DNA of 24,000 bases from an uncultured Gammaproteobacteria bacterium (GTDB lineage: Bacteria; Patescibacteriota; Patescibacteriia; UBA2169), in assembly GCA_964407875.1 (NCBI GenBank), contig CAYOXH010000001.1:1-24000 (forward strand). The letters are read 5' to 3'. How positions within the stretch are numbered: the stretch's first letter is position 1; each line of letters starts with the position of its first letter. Position numbers and translations under genes: made by a program. The notes beneath the pieces were generated by a model, which saw nothing but the letters and a program-made list of their open reading frames with translations, made no database searches and was not told the DNA's origin. Positions 14,608 through 21,692 of this stretch are shown piece after piece.

Positions 14608-15771
14608 TCAAAATTTTGGTGTGTGCTCTTCGTGCGGCCACCGATCTGAGATTAAGTTACAGAGTTCGCTGATTAAATCTTGCGGATTATTTCCATGTAA
14701 AGGAGTTTGTATAAAATGTTTTGTGCCATATGGGTTTAATGGAAGGAATATGCTACGAAGATCAAGTGTATGGCTGTGCGTGTGCGCAACTAGTTTCCAA
14801 TCATTTTCTATTTGATATACAATGCATGCTATTTTTACTTGCGGAGTTTGCGAAAACATTTCTTCAACAATACCCATTAATTCATTTTCGCTGGTTTGTG
14901 TTTCTTCAAAATCAGATGCGCGAACAATTGACCACATAGTGCTTGTTTTTGGGTTAGTGGTTAGATTCGCCAGTGTTCTGCCCCATATCTGCAAAGTATT
15001 AATTGGCTTATTGTGGAACAATTTTTCTACTATTAATTCGCGTTTTGCGCCTAAGGTTACTAGTTCGCTTGCAATAGTAAGCGAACGAGGCGTAATGTTC
15101 GGCATTTGAAAACTTTTGCTTTCTGCGATTATGCCCGCAAGCAAACATGTTCCTACATGTTCATCCAAAAGATCCTTGCCCCATAGTTCTATAATGGTAA
15201 AAATTATTTCTGTTGTAGAAACAGCAGTTAGTTCAACAAAATTTAATTCTCCAAAATGCTCATTATCTGCTTGGTGGTCTATATTGATTATTGGAGCATG
15301 GTAAAAGAATTCAGTGTGCTCATCATATATTTTTCCAAGTGACTCAAGATCAGTAGTATCAAGCACAATAATTAAATCATACGGATAATCCTCTTTTTTT
15401 ATATGAGGACTATTAAGCTCTAGATTTTTATTATCTGTAAACAGGCGAATTGAGAGTTTGTTATTTTTTACTTTGTATGTAAGGCCATGAATATTATTTG
15501 TTCCTAAATCAAATTCAATGGTTGTGTCATTAGTGTTGTTTAGAGAAGGAGAAATTTTTTGGTGATTTGGTAAAAAACTATACTCTTGCTTAGGGCCGAA
15601 TTTTTCGGTGTCAATTACTACATCAACTTTTTTCCCAAGTTTTTTTAAAAGCAAACAAAAACCCAAGGCGCTCGCAATTGCATCCCCATCTGGATTTGCC
15701 CTGGTGGTTATGAGTATATGTTTTTTTTGTTCTATGGTTTTGATGATTTGTTGGATTGGCTCAAGGGACAT
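14608..15771 (-). CDS. DHH-family protein with degenerate catalytic motifs (NrnA paralog)
   Basis: Motif I NPDGDAIAS is intact. Motif III is IDHQ instead of DHH. The motif IV region is GIIAESKSF instead of G..TDT..F. There is no GGGH in the C-terminal domain. The ATG at 15771 (MSLEPIQ...) is preferred because a TTGACA-17-TATGAT promoter lies inside the longer track ORF. Confidence 0.75.
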   Translation of the reverse strand: MSLEPIQQIIKTIEQKKHILITTRANPDGDAIASALGFCLLLKKLGKKVDVVIDTEKFGPKQEYSFLPNHQKISPSLNNTNDTTIEFDLGTNNIHGLTYKVKNNKLSIRLFTDNKNLELNSPHIKKEDYPYDLIIVLDTTDLESLGKIYDEHTEFFYHAPIINIDHQADNEHFGELNFVELTAVSTTEIIFTIIELWGKDLLDEHVGTCLLAGIIAESKSFQMPNITPRSLTIASELVTLGAKRELIVEKLFHNKPINTLQIWGRTLANLTTNPKTSTMWSIVRASDFEETQTSENELMGIVEEMFSQTPQVKIACIVYQIENDWKLVAHTHSHTLDLRSIFLPLNPYGTKHFIQTPLHGNNPQDLISELCNLISDRWPHEEHTPKF

Positions 15772-15798
15772 ATTTCTTTGAATTTTGTTTAGTAAGTA

Positions 15799-15827
15799 AT
15801 CATAGTCGAGTAATAGACCTGTGTCAA
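15799..15827 (-). promoter_or_regulatory. promoter TTGACA-17-TATGAT for the degenerate DHH gene
   Basis: On the minus strand, TTGACA is at 15827-15822 and TATGAT at 15804-15799, with an exact 17-nt spacer, about 28 nt upstream of the ATG at 15771. Confidence 0.6.
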
Positions 15828-15830
15828 TTG

Positions 15831-15865
15831 TGTAAAAGAAAGACGCACACCGAGGTATGCGTCTT
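15831..15865 (-). terminator. terminator-like hairpin after the beta-rich gene
   Basis: aagacgca (15840-15847) pairs with tgcgtctt (15858-15865) across a 10-nt loop. On the minus strand it is followed by tcttttaca. It starts 5 nt after the stop codon. Confidence 0.45.
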
Positions 15866-15869
15866 GCGT

Positions 15870-16748
15870 TTAAGGAACCCTCACAAGTAATTGAGAGAGA
15901 ATGAGCCAATCTTTAGCAACAACTAGATTGGTTTTAAAGTGAATTGTCGGCTCGTTCTCTTTTTGTGTTGCATTGAGTAGGATTCCTATCGTTTTCCGAT
16001 TATGCCCAATTAGGCGCTCGTATCGGCTCACAAAAGTGAATCTGTTGCGAAACTCTTTTTGAGCCAATATATACCACTGGATTTCATTTCTGAAATATAT
16101 GATTTCCAGTGATACATGTTTTTTATATCTGAATCCTGCTGCATAGATTGGAGTATCCAGCGTATTCCACCTGTGGCCTAATTGTGTTTCTATTCCATGA
16201 GGCAGGTGTGCCCTGACATTTAGATACGCATGTCTGTGTGAGTTGGAGTCCTCCTTTGCAAATCCTCCTCTGCGTATCCCTCCTGATATTTCTCCTGATA
16301 GCTCAAGGACTCCATACCTTGTTCCTATCCCAAACATTAGGTCCCTGAATACGAGCGAGTCAACTACGCCTGAACGCGCAGAAGTTACCAAACTGTCAGT
16401 GGTCGTGACTGCTTCAAACGTCATGTTTGGTACTTTTCTCCCTAGTGTCGCGTTAAAATATTTTAAAAATTTATTCCAACGCAACTGCCAGTCCAGTAGC
16501 AGTGTTTTTGGATGCGCCAGGTCCAAGCTGATATAGGTTTGGAACCCGTCGTCCTGACGTTCAAAGCGAAATTCGCTATCTTTAATGCGGCCGTTCCAGT
16601 TTTCTGTTTCTTCTGGTGACCGCACTATGGTTGAGTCCACAATGCTAATGTAACTGCTTAGACGCCACTTATCTAATTCTGTGGATGCGAATGCTTGTGG
16701 TGTTTGTGCTAACACCACAGCGATTGCAATAATCACGTGATGTTTCAC
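15870..16748 (-). CDS. secreted/envelope protein with signal peptide, rich in amphipathic beta strands (possible beta-barrel); GC-rich relative to neighbours
   Basis: 292 aa. GTG start preceded by AAGGAGGTG. The N-terminus MKHHVIIAIAVVLAQTPQAFA-S looks like a Sec signal. Alternating-polarity strands include HAYLNVRAHL, IYAAGFRY, VSLEIIYFRN, RFTFVSRYE, TIGILLNAT and TIHFKTNLVV. No family recognised. Confidence 0.65.
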   Translation of the reverse strand: MKHHVIIAIAVVLAQTPQAFASTELDKWRLSSYISIVDSTIVRSPEETENWNGRIKDSEFRFERQDDGFQTYISLDLAHPKTLLLDWQLRWNKFLKYFNATLGRKVPNMTFEAVTTTDSLVTSARSGVVDSLVFRDLMFGIGTRYGVLELSGEISGGIRRGGFAKEDSNSHRHAYLNVRAHLPHGIETQLGHRWNTLDTPIYAAGFRYKKHVSLEIIYFRNEIQWYILAQKEFRNRFTFVSRYERLIGHNRKTIGILLNATQKENEPTIHFKTNLVVAKDWLILSQLLVRVP

Positions 16749-16842
16749 ACTTACACCTCCTTTTCGCTATTTTGCTGTTAGCGGTTGAAAGAACAAAGAT
16801 TAAGACAATGTATCATAGAATATTTATTTTGTTAAGTTATTA

Positions 16843-16871
16843 TTGACTTTTAGCCCTATTTCTATTATGAT
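16843..16871 (+). promoter_or_regulatory. infB promoter TTGACT-17-TATGAT
   Basis: The spacer is exactly 17 nt. The -10 ends 18 nt before the ATG (16890). Confidence 0.6.
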
Positions 16872-16889
16872 TAGGTAGTTTTATATCCT

Positions 16890-18911
16890 ATGAATGTAAC
16901 CGAACTTGCCAGACAATTAAGAACTACCAAAGATGAACTTTTGGAAAAACTTCCAGGACTTGGTTTTGATATTGGAGCAAGGGCAATTAAAGTAGATAAT
17001 GTTATTGCAGAGCGAATTAAGCAGGTATGGGCACAACAAGCCCGTAAAGACAAGCTTAAAGAAAAAATGCAGGCCCAGCAAACCAAGGAGACAGAGGAGA
17101 AAGACGAAGCAGAATTGCAGGAAATTAAGATTGGAGAAAAAGTAACTGTTAGTGATTTTGCAGAGAAAATTGAAACTGATGTTACTCATTTAATTGGTTA
17201 TTTAATGAAAAATGGAATAATGGCAACTTTAAATGAGCAGATTGATTTTGAGACGGCCTCAATTGTTGCAGAGGATTATGGATTCAAGGCAATAAAAGGC
17301 GAAGAAGACAAAAAGGAATCCAAAGAAACAGAGCACGAACTTCGAGCACTAAAAACAGATATTGCAAAGAATAAAAGCGGAGTAGATAGGCCTCCTGTGG
17401 TGGTTGTAATGGGGCATGTTGACCACGGCAAAACATCGTTATTAGATACTATTCGAAAAACAAATGTTGTTGAAGGAGAATCAGGAGGCATTACTCAGCA
17501 TATTGGTGCTTATCAAGTACAGGAAAAAGATCGTTTAATCACGTTTCTTGATACTCCTGGGCATGAGGCGTTCAAAGCAATGCGCGAACGGGGCGGCCAA
17601 GTAGCTGATGTTGCTATCCTTATAGTTGCAGCAGATGATGGCTTAAAGCCGCAAACACTTGAATCAATTAATGTTATACAAAAAGAGGGATTGCCTTTTG
17701 TAGTTGCAATCAACAAAATAGATAAACCAGGCGCAGATGTAGATAAAGTAAAAAAGGAACTAGCAGAAATTAATCTTAACCCAGAGGACTGGGGAGGTAA
17801 GACAATCTGTGTCCCTATAAGCGCAAAAAAAGGAGAAAATATTAATGAGTTGTTAGACATGGTTCTATTGGTTAGTGATATGGAGAAATTTACCGCGGAC
17901 ATGAATTGTGATGCCTGTGGAGTTATTATAGAATCACATGTTGACAGAGGAGAAGGACCTGTTGCAACTGTTTTAATTAATGTCGGAACCTTGCGTGTTG
18001 GAGACGAGGTTGTGATAGGAGACACTTTTGGTAAAATTAAGGCCTTAAAGGATTGGAAAGGCCAAGATATAGAAGAGGCAACTCCATCTACTCCGGCAAA
18101 AATTTTAGGGCTTAAATCCTCGCCAAGCGTTGGGGATATTTTGCGCGTAGAAAAAGTTGATAGATCAAAACGCAAAAAAGCAACCAAAAAATTTCGACTT
18201 ATTGAAGTAGATAAACCACCTGCAGATTCGACCGCAGATTCCGCTGATTCAACAGATGAAGCTGATTCAACAGATGAAGAAGGAGAGAAAGAAGAATCAA
18301 AAAATAATTTATCAATTGTTGTTAAGGCAGATATGCTTGGCTCTTTAGAGGCGCTGATTGCATCTATTAAAAAGTTAGAACGAGATGATATTGATATTAC
18401 TATTATAAAGCAAGGCCTTGGCAATCTTACTGAGTCAGACGTATCTTTGGCAGAAGATGCGGGCGCTGTTATATATGGTTTTCATGTGCAGCTTTCTCCG
18501 GAAGCGCAAAAGATGAGCTATAGTCGAAAAGTTGAAATTCAGCTTTCAAAGGTAATTTACGAAATATTAGAAGATATAGAAAAGCGCCTAAAGTCGATGA
18601 TCAAAACAGAGATAGTGGAGGTTCCACAGGGCGAATTATTAGTTCTTAAAGTGTTTAAAGATAGCAGGCAAGAATCCATAATTGGAGGCCGTGTTCGTAA
18701 ATCAAAAATTACAAAAGATGCCAAGTTTAGAGTAATGCGCAACCAAGAGCCAATTGATGAGGGTGCTATTTTGGGATTACAGATTAACAAGCAGGAAGTA
18801 GATGAAGTAAAAGAGGGTATTGAATGCGGAATTAAGGCCTCTGGTGTCAGAGGTCTTAAAGAAGATGATGTGTTGGCATGCTATGTTGAGGAGGAAAAAG
18901 AAGTAGGTTAA
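16890..18911 (+). CDS. infB: translation initiation factor IF-2
   Basis: 673 aa. IF2_N-like start (VTELA..L.....ELL..L..LG), G domain (VVVMGHVDHGKTSLLD, DTPGH.AF, NKIDK) and C-terminal VKADMLGSLEAL. Confidence 0.97.
   Translation: MNVTELARQLRTTKDELLEKLPGLGFDIGARAIKVDNVIAERIKQVWAQQARKDKLKEKMQAQQTKETEEKDEAELQEIKIGEKVTVSDFAEKIETDVTHLIGYLMKNGIMATLNEQIDFETASIVAEDYGFKAIKGEEDKKESKETEHELRALKTDIAKNKSGVDRPPVVVVMGHVDHGKTSLLDTIRKTNVVEGESGGITQHIGAYQVQEKDRLITFLDTPGHEAFKAMRERGGQVADVAILIVAADDGLKPQTLESINVIQKEGLPFVVAINKIDKPGADVDKVKKELAEINLNPEDWGGKTICVPISAKKGENINELLDMVLLVSDMEKFTADMNCDACGVIIESHVDRGEGPVATVLINVGTLRVGDEVVIGDTFGKIKALKDWKGQDIEEATPSTPAKILGLKSSPSVGDILRVEKVDRSKRKKATKKFRLIEVDKPPADSTADSADSTDEADSTDEEGEKEESKNNLSIVVKADMLGSLEALIASIKKLERDDIDITIIKQGLGNLTESDVSLAEDAGAVIYGFHVQLSPEAQKMSYSRKVEIQLSKVIYEILEDIEKRLKSMIKTEIVEVPQGELLVLKVFKDSRQESIIGGRVRKSKITKDAKFRVMRNQEPIDEGAILGLQINKQEVDEVKEGIECGIKASGVRGLKEDDVLACYVEEEKEVG
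18222..18278 (+). repeat. in-frame tandem repeats in infB (gc[at]gattc words; 18-nt unit gctgattcaacagatgaa x2)
   Basis: A perfect 18-nt tandem duplication at 18243-18260 and 18261-18278 encodes ADSTDE twice, preceded by gcagattcgaccgcagattcc. It encodes ADSTADSADSTDEADSTDE in the linker before domain C1. Confidence 0.9.
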
Positions 18912-18917
18912 TCAACC

Positions 18918-19034
18918 ACGTCATCCTGAGTGAAGTCGAAGGATCTCGTCTAATCACGCTCAAGCGTCTTCAACGAGATCCTTCGACTTCGTTCCTCACT
19001 GATTACAGATCGTCGCTTCGCTCAGGATGACGTG
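18918..19034. repeat. gtcatcctgag-type palindromic element, copy B (117 bp)
   Basis: Perfect 14-bp termini cacgtcatcctgag/ctcaggatgacgtg. A perfect 18-bp inner inverted repeat pairs gaagtcgaaggatctcgt (18932-18949) with acgagatccttcgacttc (18972-18989). It fills the infB-rbfA spacer. Confidence 0.9.
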
Positions 19035-19042
19035 ATAAAAAT

Positions 19043-19408
19043 ATGTCTTTCCGAATTGAACAAGTAAATTCCTTAATCCAAAAAGACCTAGGCGTTATTA
19101 TGTCCAGGGAACTTGAATTACCAAACAGCGCGTTTGTTACGATTTCGCGAGTTGAGACAAACCCAGATTTAAAATCATCAAAAGTATTTGTTTCTATTTT
19201 ACCAGAAGATAATCAAGAAGAGGTTTTATTGCTTCTGCAAAAGAACACAATCCGTTTGCAACAAGAATTGGTTAAGGGCTTAAGCATGAAGTTTTCTCCT
19301 AAAATAGAATTTGTTATTGATGAGGTAGAGGAGGAAGCGGCACGTATTGAAGGATTACTCGATGATATTTCTAAAAAAGATACAAGAAACAAGAAACAAA
19401 CAAATTAA
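19043..19408 (+). CDS. rbfA: ribosome-binding factor A
   Basis: 121 aa. R.EQVNSLIQKDL..I......P....VTIS.VE...DL...KVFVS. and P.I.F..D match the RbfA pattern. Confidence 0.9.
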   Translation: MSFRIEQVNSLIQKDLGVIMSRELELPNSAFVTISRVETNPDLKSSKVFVSILPEDNQEEVLLLLQKNTIRLQQELVKGLSMKFSPKIEFVIDEVEEEAARIEGLLDDISKKDTRNKKQTN

Positions 19409-19512
19409 AAGATACAAATTAAAAAGAGGACTTCTTTGATGTTTGAATTTGGAATCCCTCGTGGATACTCGGGACAAGCTTGTATCTTGTGCCTTGTTTC
19501 TTGTATCTTTTT
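19374..19512. repeat. word-hairpin with perfect 20-bp arms whose left arm encodes the RbfA C-terminal tail
   Basis: aaaaagatacaagaaacaag (19374-19393) is the exact reverse complement of cttgtttcttgtatcttttt (19493-19512). Extra gatacaa/ttgtatc pairs lie inside. The words are atacaag and aaacaag. Confidence 0.85.
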
Positions 19513-19530
19513 GTGGTATGCTATTCCGTT

Positions 19531-20487
19531 ATGAATAATTCATTTGAAGAATTAAAAAATAATATTGACAAACATGGGTCTTTTGCCCTTATTTGCCATC
19601 ACAGGCCAGATGGGGATGCTATTGGCTCTGTACTTGCTTTTGGAGCGTATCTTGAATCACAAAAAAAGAAGGTATTTTATTACTGTCCAGATACTATACC
19701 AAGCAGTTTAATTTTTATTCCAAATGTTGAGCAAATAAAAAAGGAGCGCGATGCAAATTGGGATAAGGCAGAGGCAATTGTATTTATAGATTGCGGGGAT
19801 AGCAGTATGGCCGAGGTAAGTACTGAGGATATTGGCAATCGCTCTACCATTGTTATAGATCATCATGTAAGTAATATTGGATATGGAGATATAAATGTTA
19901 TTGAGCCGGATGTATCAGCAACCGCGGAAATTTTATTTGAATATTTTAAATATGCTGGATTTACTGTAGACAGAAATATCGCAACCCAATTATTCGTAGG
20001 CGTGTATACTGATACAGATTCGTTTTCAAATTTAGGCACTACTCCGGAATCCCTTAAAGCTTCTTCTGAATTATTAAAGCTTGGTGCAAACTTTAAAGAA
20101 ATAACTGCCAACACCATTCAGAATAAATCAATTGCTTCACTCAAGTTATGGGGCAGGGCGCTTGAACGTTTGCGCATTGATAAGAAAAAGGGAATTGCTG
20201 TTACTGTTATTAAGCATGATGATTTAGGTGAATGCAAAGCAAAGGCAGAGGACATGGAAGGAGTTGCTAATTTACTTAACCATTTATCAGATGTAAAAAT
20301 GTCAATGGTATTGCGCGAGCAGCCGGGAGGAATGGTTAAAGGCAGTTTGCGCACTACGAGCGAATTGATAGATGTATCAAAGGTTGCTAAACTAATGGGT
20401 GGAGGAGGACACGCAAAGGCGTCTGGGTTTACAGTAAAGGGTAAAATTGTTGAAACTGATAGAGGATGGAAGGTTGTGGAGAAATAA
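19531..20487 (+). CDS. nrnA: DHH/DHHA1 phosphoesterase, NrnA-like (oligoribonuclease / pAp phosphatase)
   Basis: All motifs are canonical: RPDGDAIGS, FIDCGD, VIDHHVSN, GVYTDTDSF and GGGGHAKASG. The ATG at 19531 is preferred because the track start at 19480 lies in the hairpin arm. The infB-rbfA-DHH order is known from other bacteria. Confidence 0.88.
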   Translation: MNNSFEELKNNIDKHGSFALICHHRPDGDAIGSVLAFGAYLESQKKKVFYYCPDTIPSSLIFIPNVEQIKKERDANWDKAEAIVFIDCGDSSMAEVSTEDIGNRSTIVIDHHVSNIGYGDINVIEPDVSATAEILFEYFKYAGFTVDRNIATQLFVGVYTDTDSFSNLGTTPESLKASSELLKLGANFKEITANTIQNKSIASLKLWGRALERLRIDKKKGIAVTVIKHDDLGECKAKAEDMEGVANLLNHLSDVKMSMVLREQPGGMVKGSLRTTSELIDVSKVAKLMGGGGHAKASGFTVKGKIVETDRGWKVVEK

Positions 20488-20621
20488 TAACCAGTAACCA
20501 ATTTCCAATAACCAAGAAAGTTTCAATAACCAATAACCAAAATTCAAAATTCCAGTTTTTGGTTATTGAAATTTGGAAATTGTAATTTTATTGGTTATTG
20601 GAAATTGGCGCTTGGTTATTA
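20485..20621. repeat. long word-hairpin built from aataaccaa / ttggttatt
   Basis: ccaatttccaataaccaa (20498-20515) is the exact reverse complement of ttggttattggaaattgg (20591-20608). The outer pair is taataacca/tggttatta. The inner pair is caataaccaaaa (20531-20542) with ttttggttattg (20557-20568). It spans the nrnA stop to just before clpP. Confidence 0.85.
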
Positions 20622-20635
20622 GAGTTAATAAATAT

Positions 20636-21232
20636 ATGGAACAAGAAATTAAGAATTTTCATCTTATCCCAACTGTAATTGAGAAATCTAGAATGGGCGA
20701 GCGCGCGTATGATATTTACTCACGCCTTTTAAAGGATCGTATTATTTTTCTTGGCAGCGCCATTGATGATGCAGTCGCAAATACAGTAATTGCCCAGCTT
20801 TTATTTTTAGATAGCGAATCGCAGGAAAAAGATATTAAACTATATATCAATTCTCCTGGTGGTTCAGTTTCAGCAGGGCTCGCGGTTTACGACACCATGC
20901 AATATGTTAAATCTGATGTATCCACAATTTGTGTTGGAATAGCGGCCTCAATGGGCGCGACATTGCTTGCTTCTGGAAAAAAAGGAAAAAGATTTGCTCT
21001 TCCAAATTCCGAAATCATGCTGCACCAAGTAATGGGAGGAGCAGAAGGCCAGGCATCAGATATTAAGATTCGCGCAGAACATATTCTGAAACTCCACGAT
21101 AGATTAAATAAAATTTTAGCGGACCATACTGGTCAAAGTATCAAAAATATCGAAAAGGACACAGACAGAGATTTTTTTATGTCTGCTGATGAGGCCAAGG
21201 AGTATGGATTGGTAGATAAAATTATTAAGTAA
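20636..21232 (+). CDS. clpP: ATP-dependent Clp protease proteolytic subunit
   Basis: [27 protein letters not shown], the catalytic Ser in GIAASMGA, His in MLHQ and Asp in DRDFFMSA. The ATG at 20636 is preferred because the longer track ORF runs through the hairpin. Confidence 0.95.
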   Translation: MEQEIKNFHLIPTVIEKSRMGERAYDIYSRLLKDRIIFLGSAIDDAVANTVIAQLLFLDSESQEKDIKLYINSPGGSVSAGLAVYDTMQYVKSDVSTICVGIAASMGATLLASGKKGKRFALPNSEIMLHQVMGGAEGQASDIKIRAEHILKLHDRLNKILADHTGQSIKNIEKDTDRDFFMSADEAKEYGLVDKIIK

Positions 21233-21250
21233 TTAAGTAATAAAAAGTTC

Positions 21251-21284
21251 AGCCCGCCAGGTGTTGTTTACTGGCGGGCTTTTG
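21251..21284. terminator. terminator after clpP, probably bidirectional
   Basis: agcccgccag/ctggcgggct forms a 10-bp stem with a 10-nt loop. It is followed by tttt on the + strand and by gaacttttt on the - strand. Confidence 0.8.
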
Positions 21285-21325
21285 GTGCGCATTTTTGGTT
21301 GTGGACTAGTCCAATGAGTATAGGA

Positions 21326-21571
21326 CTAGTAGGGGGTGAGAGCGAACTCCCAGTCAATTTTGACCTGGTCGTTTTCTTTCTCAATTGCACGCCCCTCTTC
21401 TTCTGTCAGGAAGCCCTTCTGAAGGGCGATGCGGAAAATCCAACCCCATCCCAGGTCGCAGGATGTTACAGCCATGCAAAGGGCTTGGAACTTGTTTCTC
21501 TCATGGCCTGACTCGTCAAGGATCTGCTCCGCTTCTCGAATTTCGTGGCTTATGTCCACACACTCATTCAT
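21326..21571 (-). CDS. hypothetical 81-aa protein in a GC-rich islet
   Basis: A strong SD, AAGGAGGA, lies 5 nt upstream of the ATG. Local G+C is about 50% by hand count against about one third in clpP. No family recognised. Overlapping + strand ORFs lack start signals. Confidence 0.55.
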   Translation of the reverse strand: MNECVDISHEIREAEQILDESGHERNKFQALCMAVTSCDLGWGWIFRIALQKGFLTEEEGRAIEKENDQVKIDWEFALTPY

Positions 21572-21657
21572 AGCTTTCCTCCTTATGCTATACTGGGTGG
21601 ATTACGGATTGCGTGGTGGTAGATGAATGTAGTATATATGTTAGTAATTTGTCAAGT

Positions 21658-21686
21658 TTGACTAAAAAAAACCTTTGTGGTAAGAT
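21658..21686 (+). promoter_or_regulatory. promoter TTGACT-17-TAAGAT driving the rny leader
   Basis: The spacer is exactly 17 nt. The predicted TSS is near 21693, about 233 nt upstream of the rny ATG. Its -35 is back-to-back with a minus-strand TTGACA (21655-21650). Confidence 0.55.
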
Positions 21687-21692
21687 AGTTTT

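Noticed and set aside
15772-15909. N-terminal extensions of track ORFs (15772-15909, 19480-19530, 20573-20635, 11787-11804, 14301-14333)
   Set aside because: The extensions run through promoters, hairpin arms or repeat termini and add non-homologous residues. Internal ATGs give canonical N-termini for the DHH, NrnA, ClpP, Gmk and CCA enzymes.
17513-18424. 303-aa minus-strand ORF inside infB
   Set aside because: It is a Ser/Thr/Ile-rich antisense shadow ORF of a clearly identified IF-2 gene, with no independent signals.
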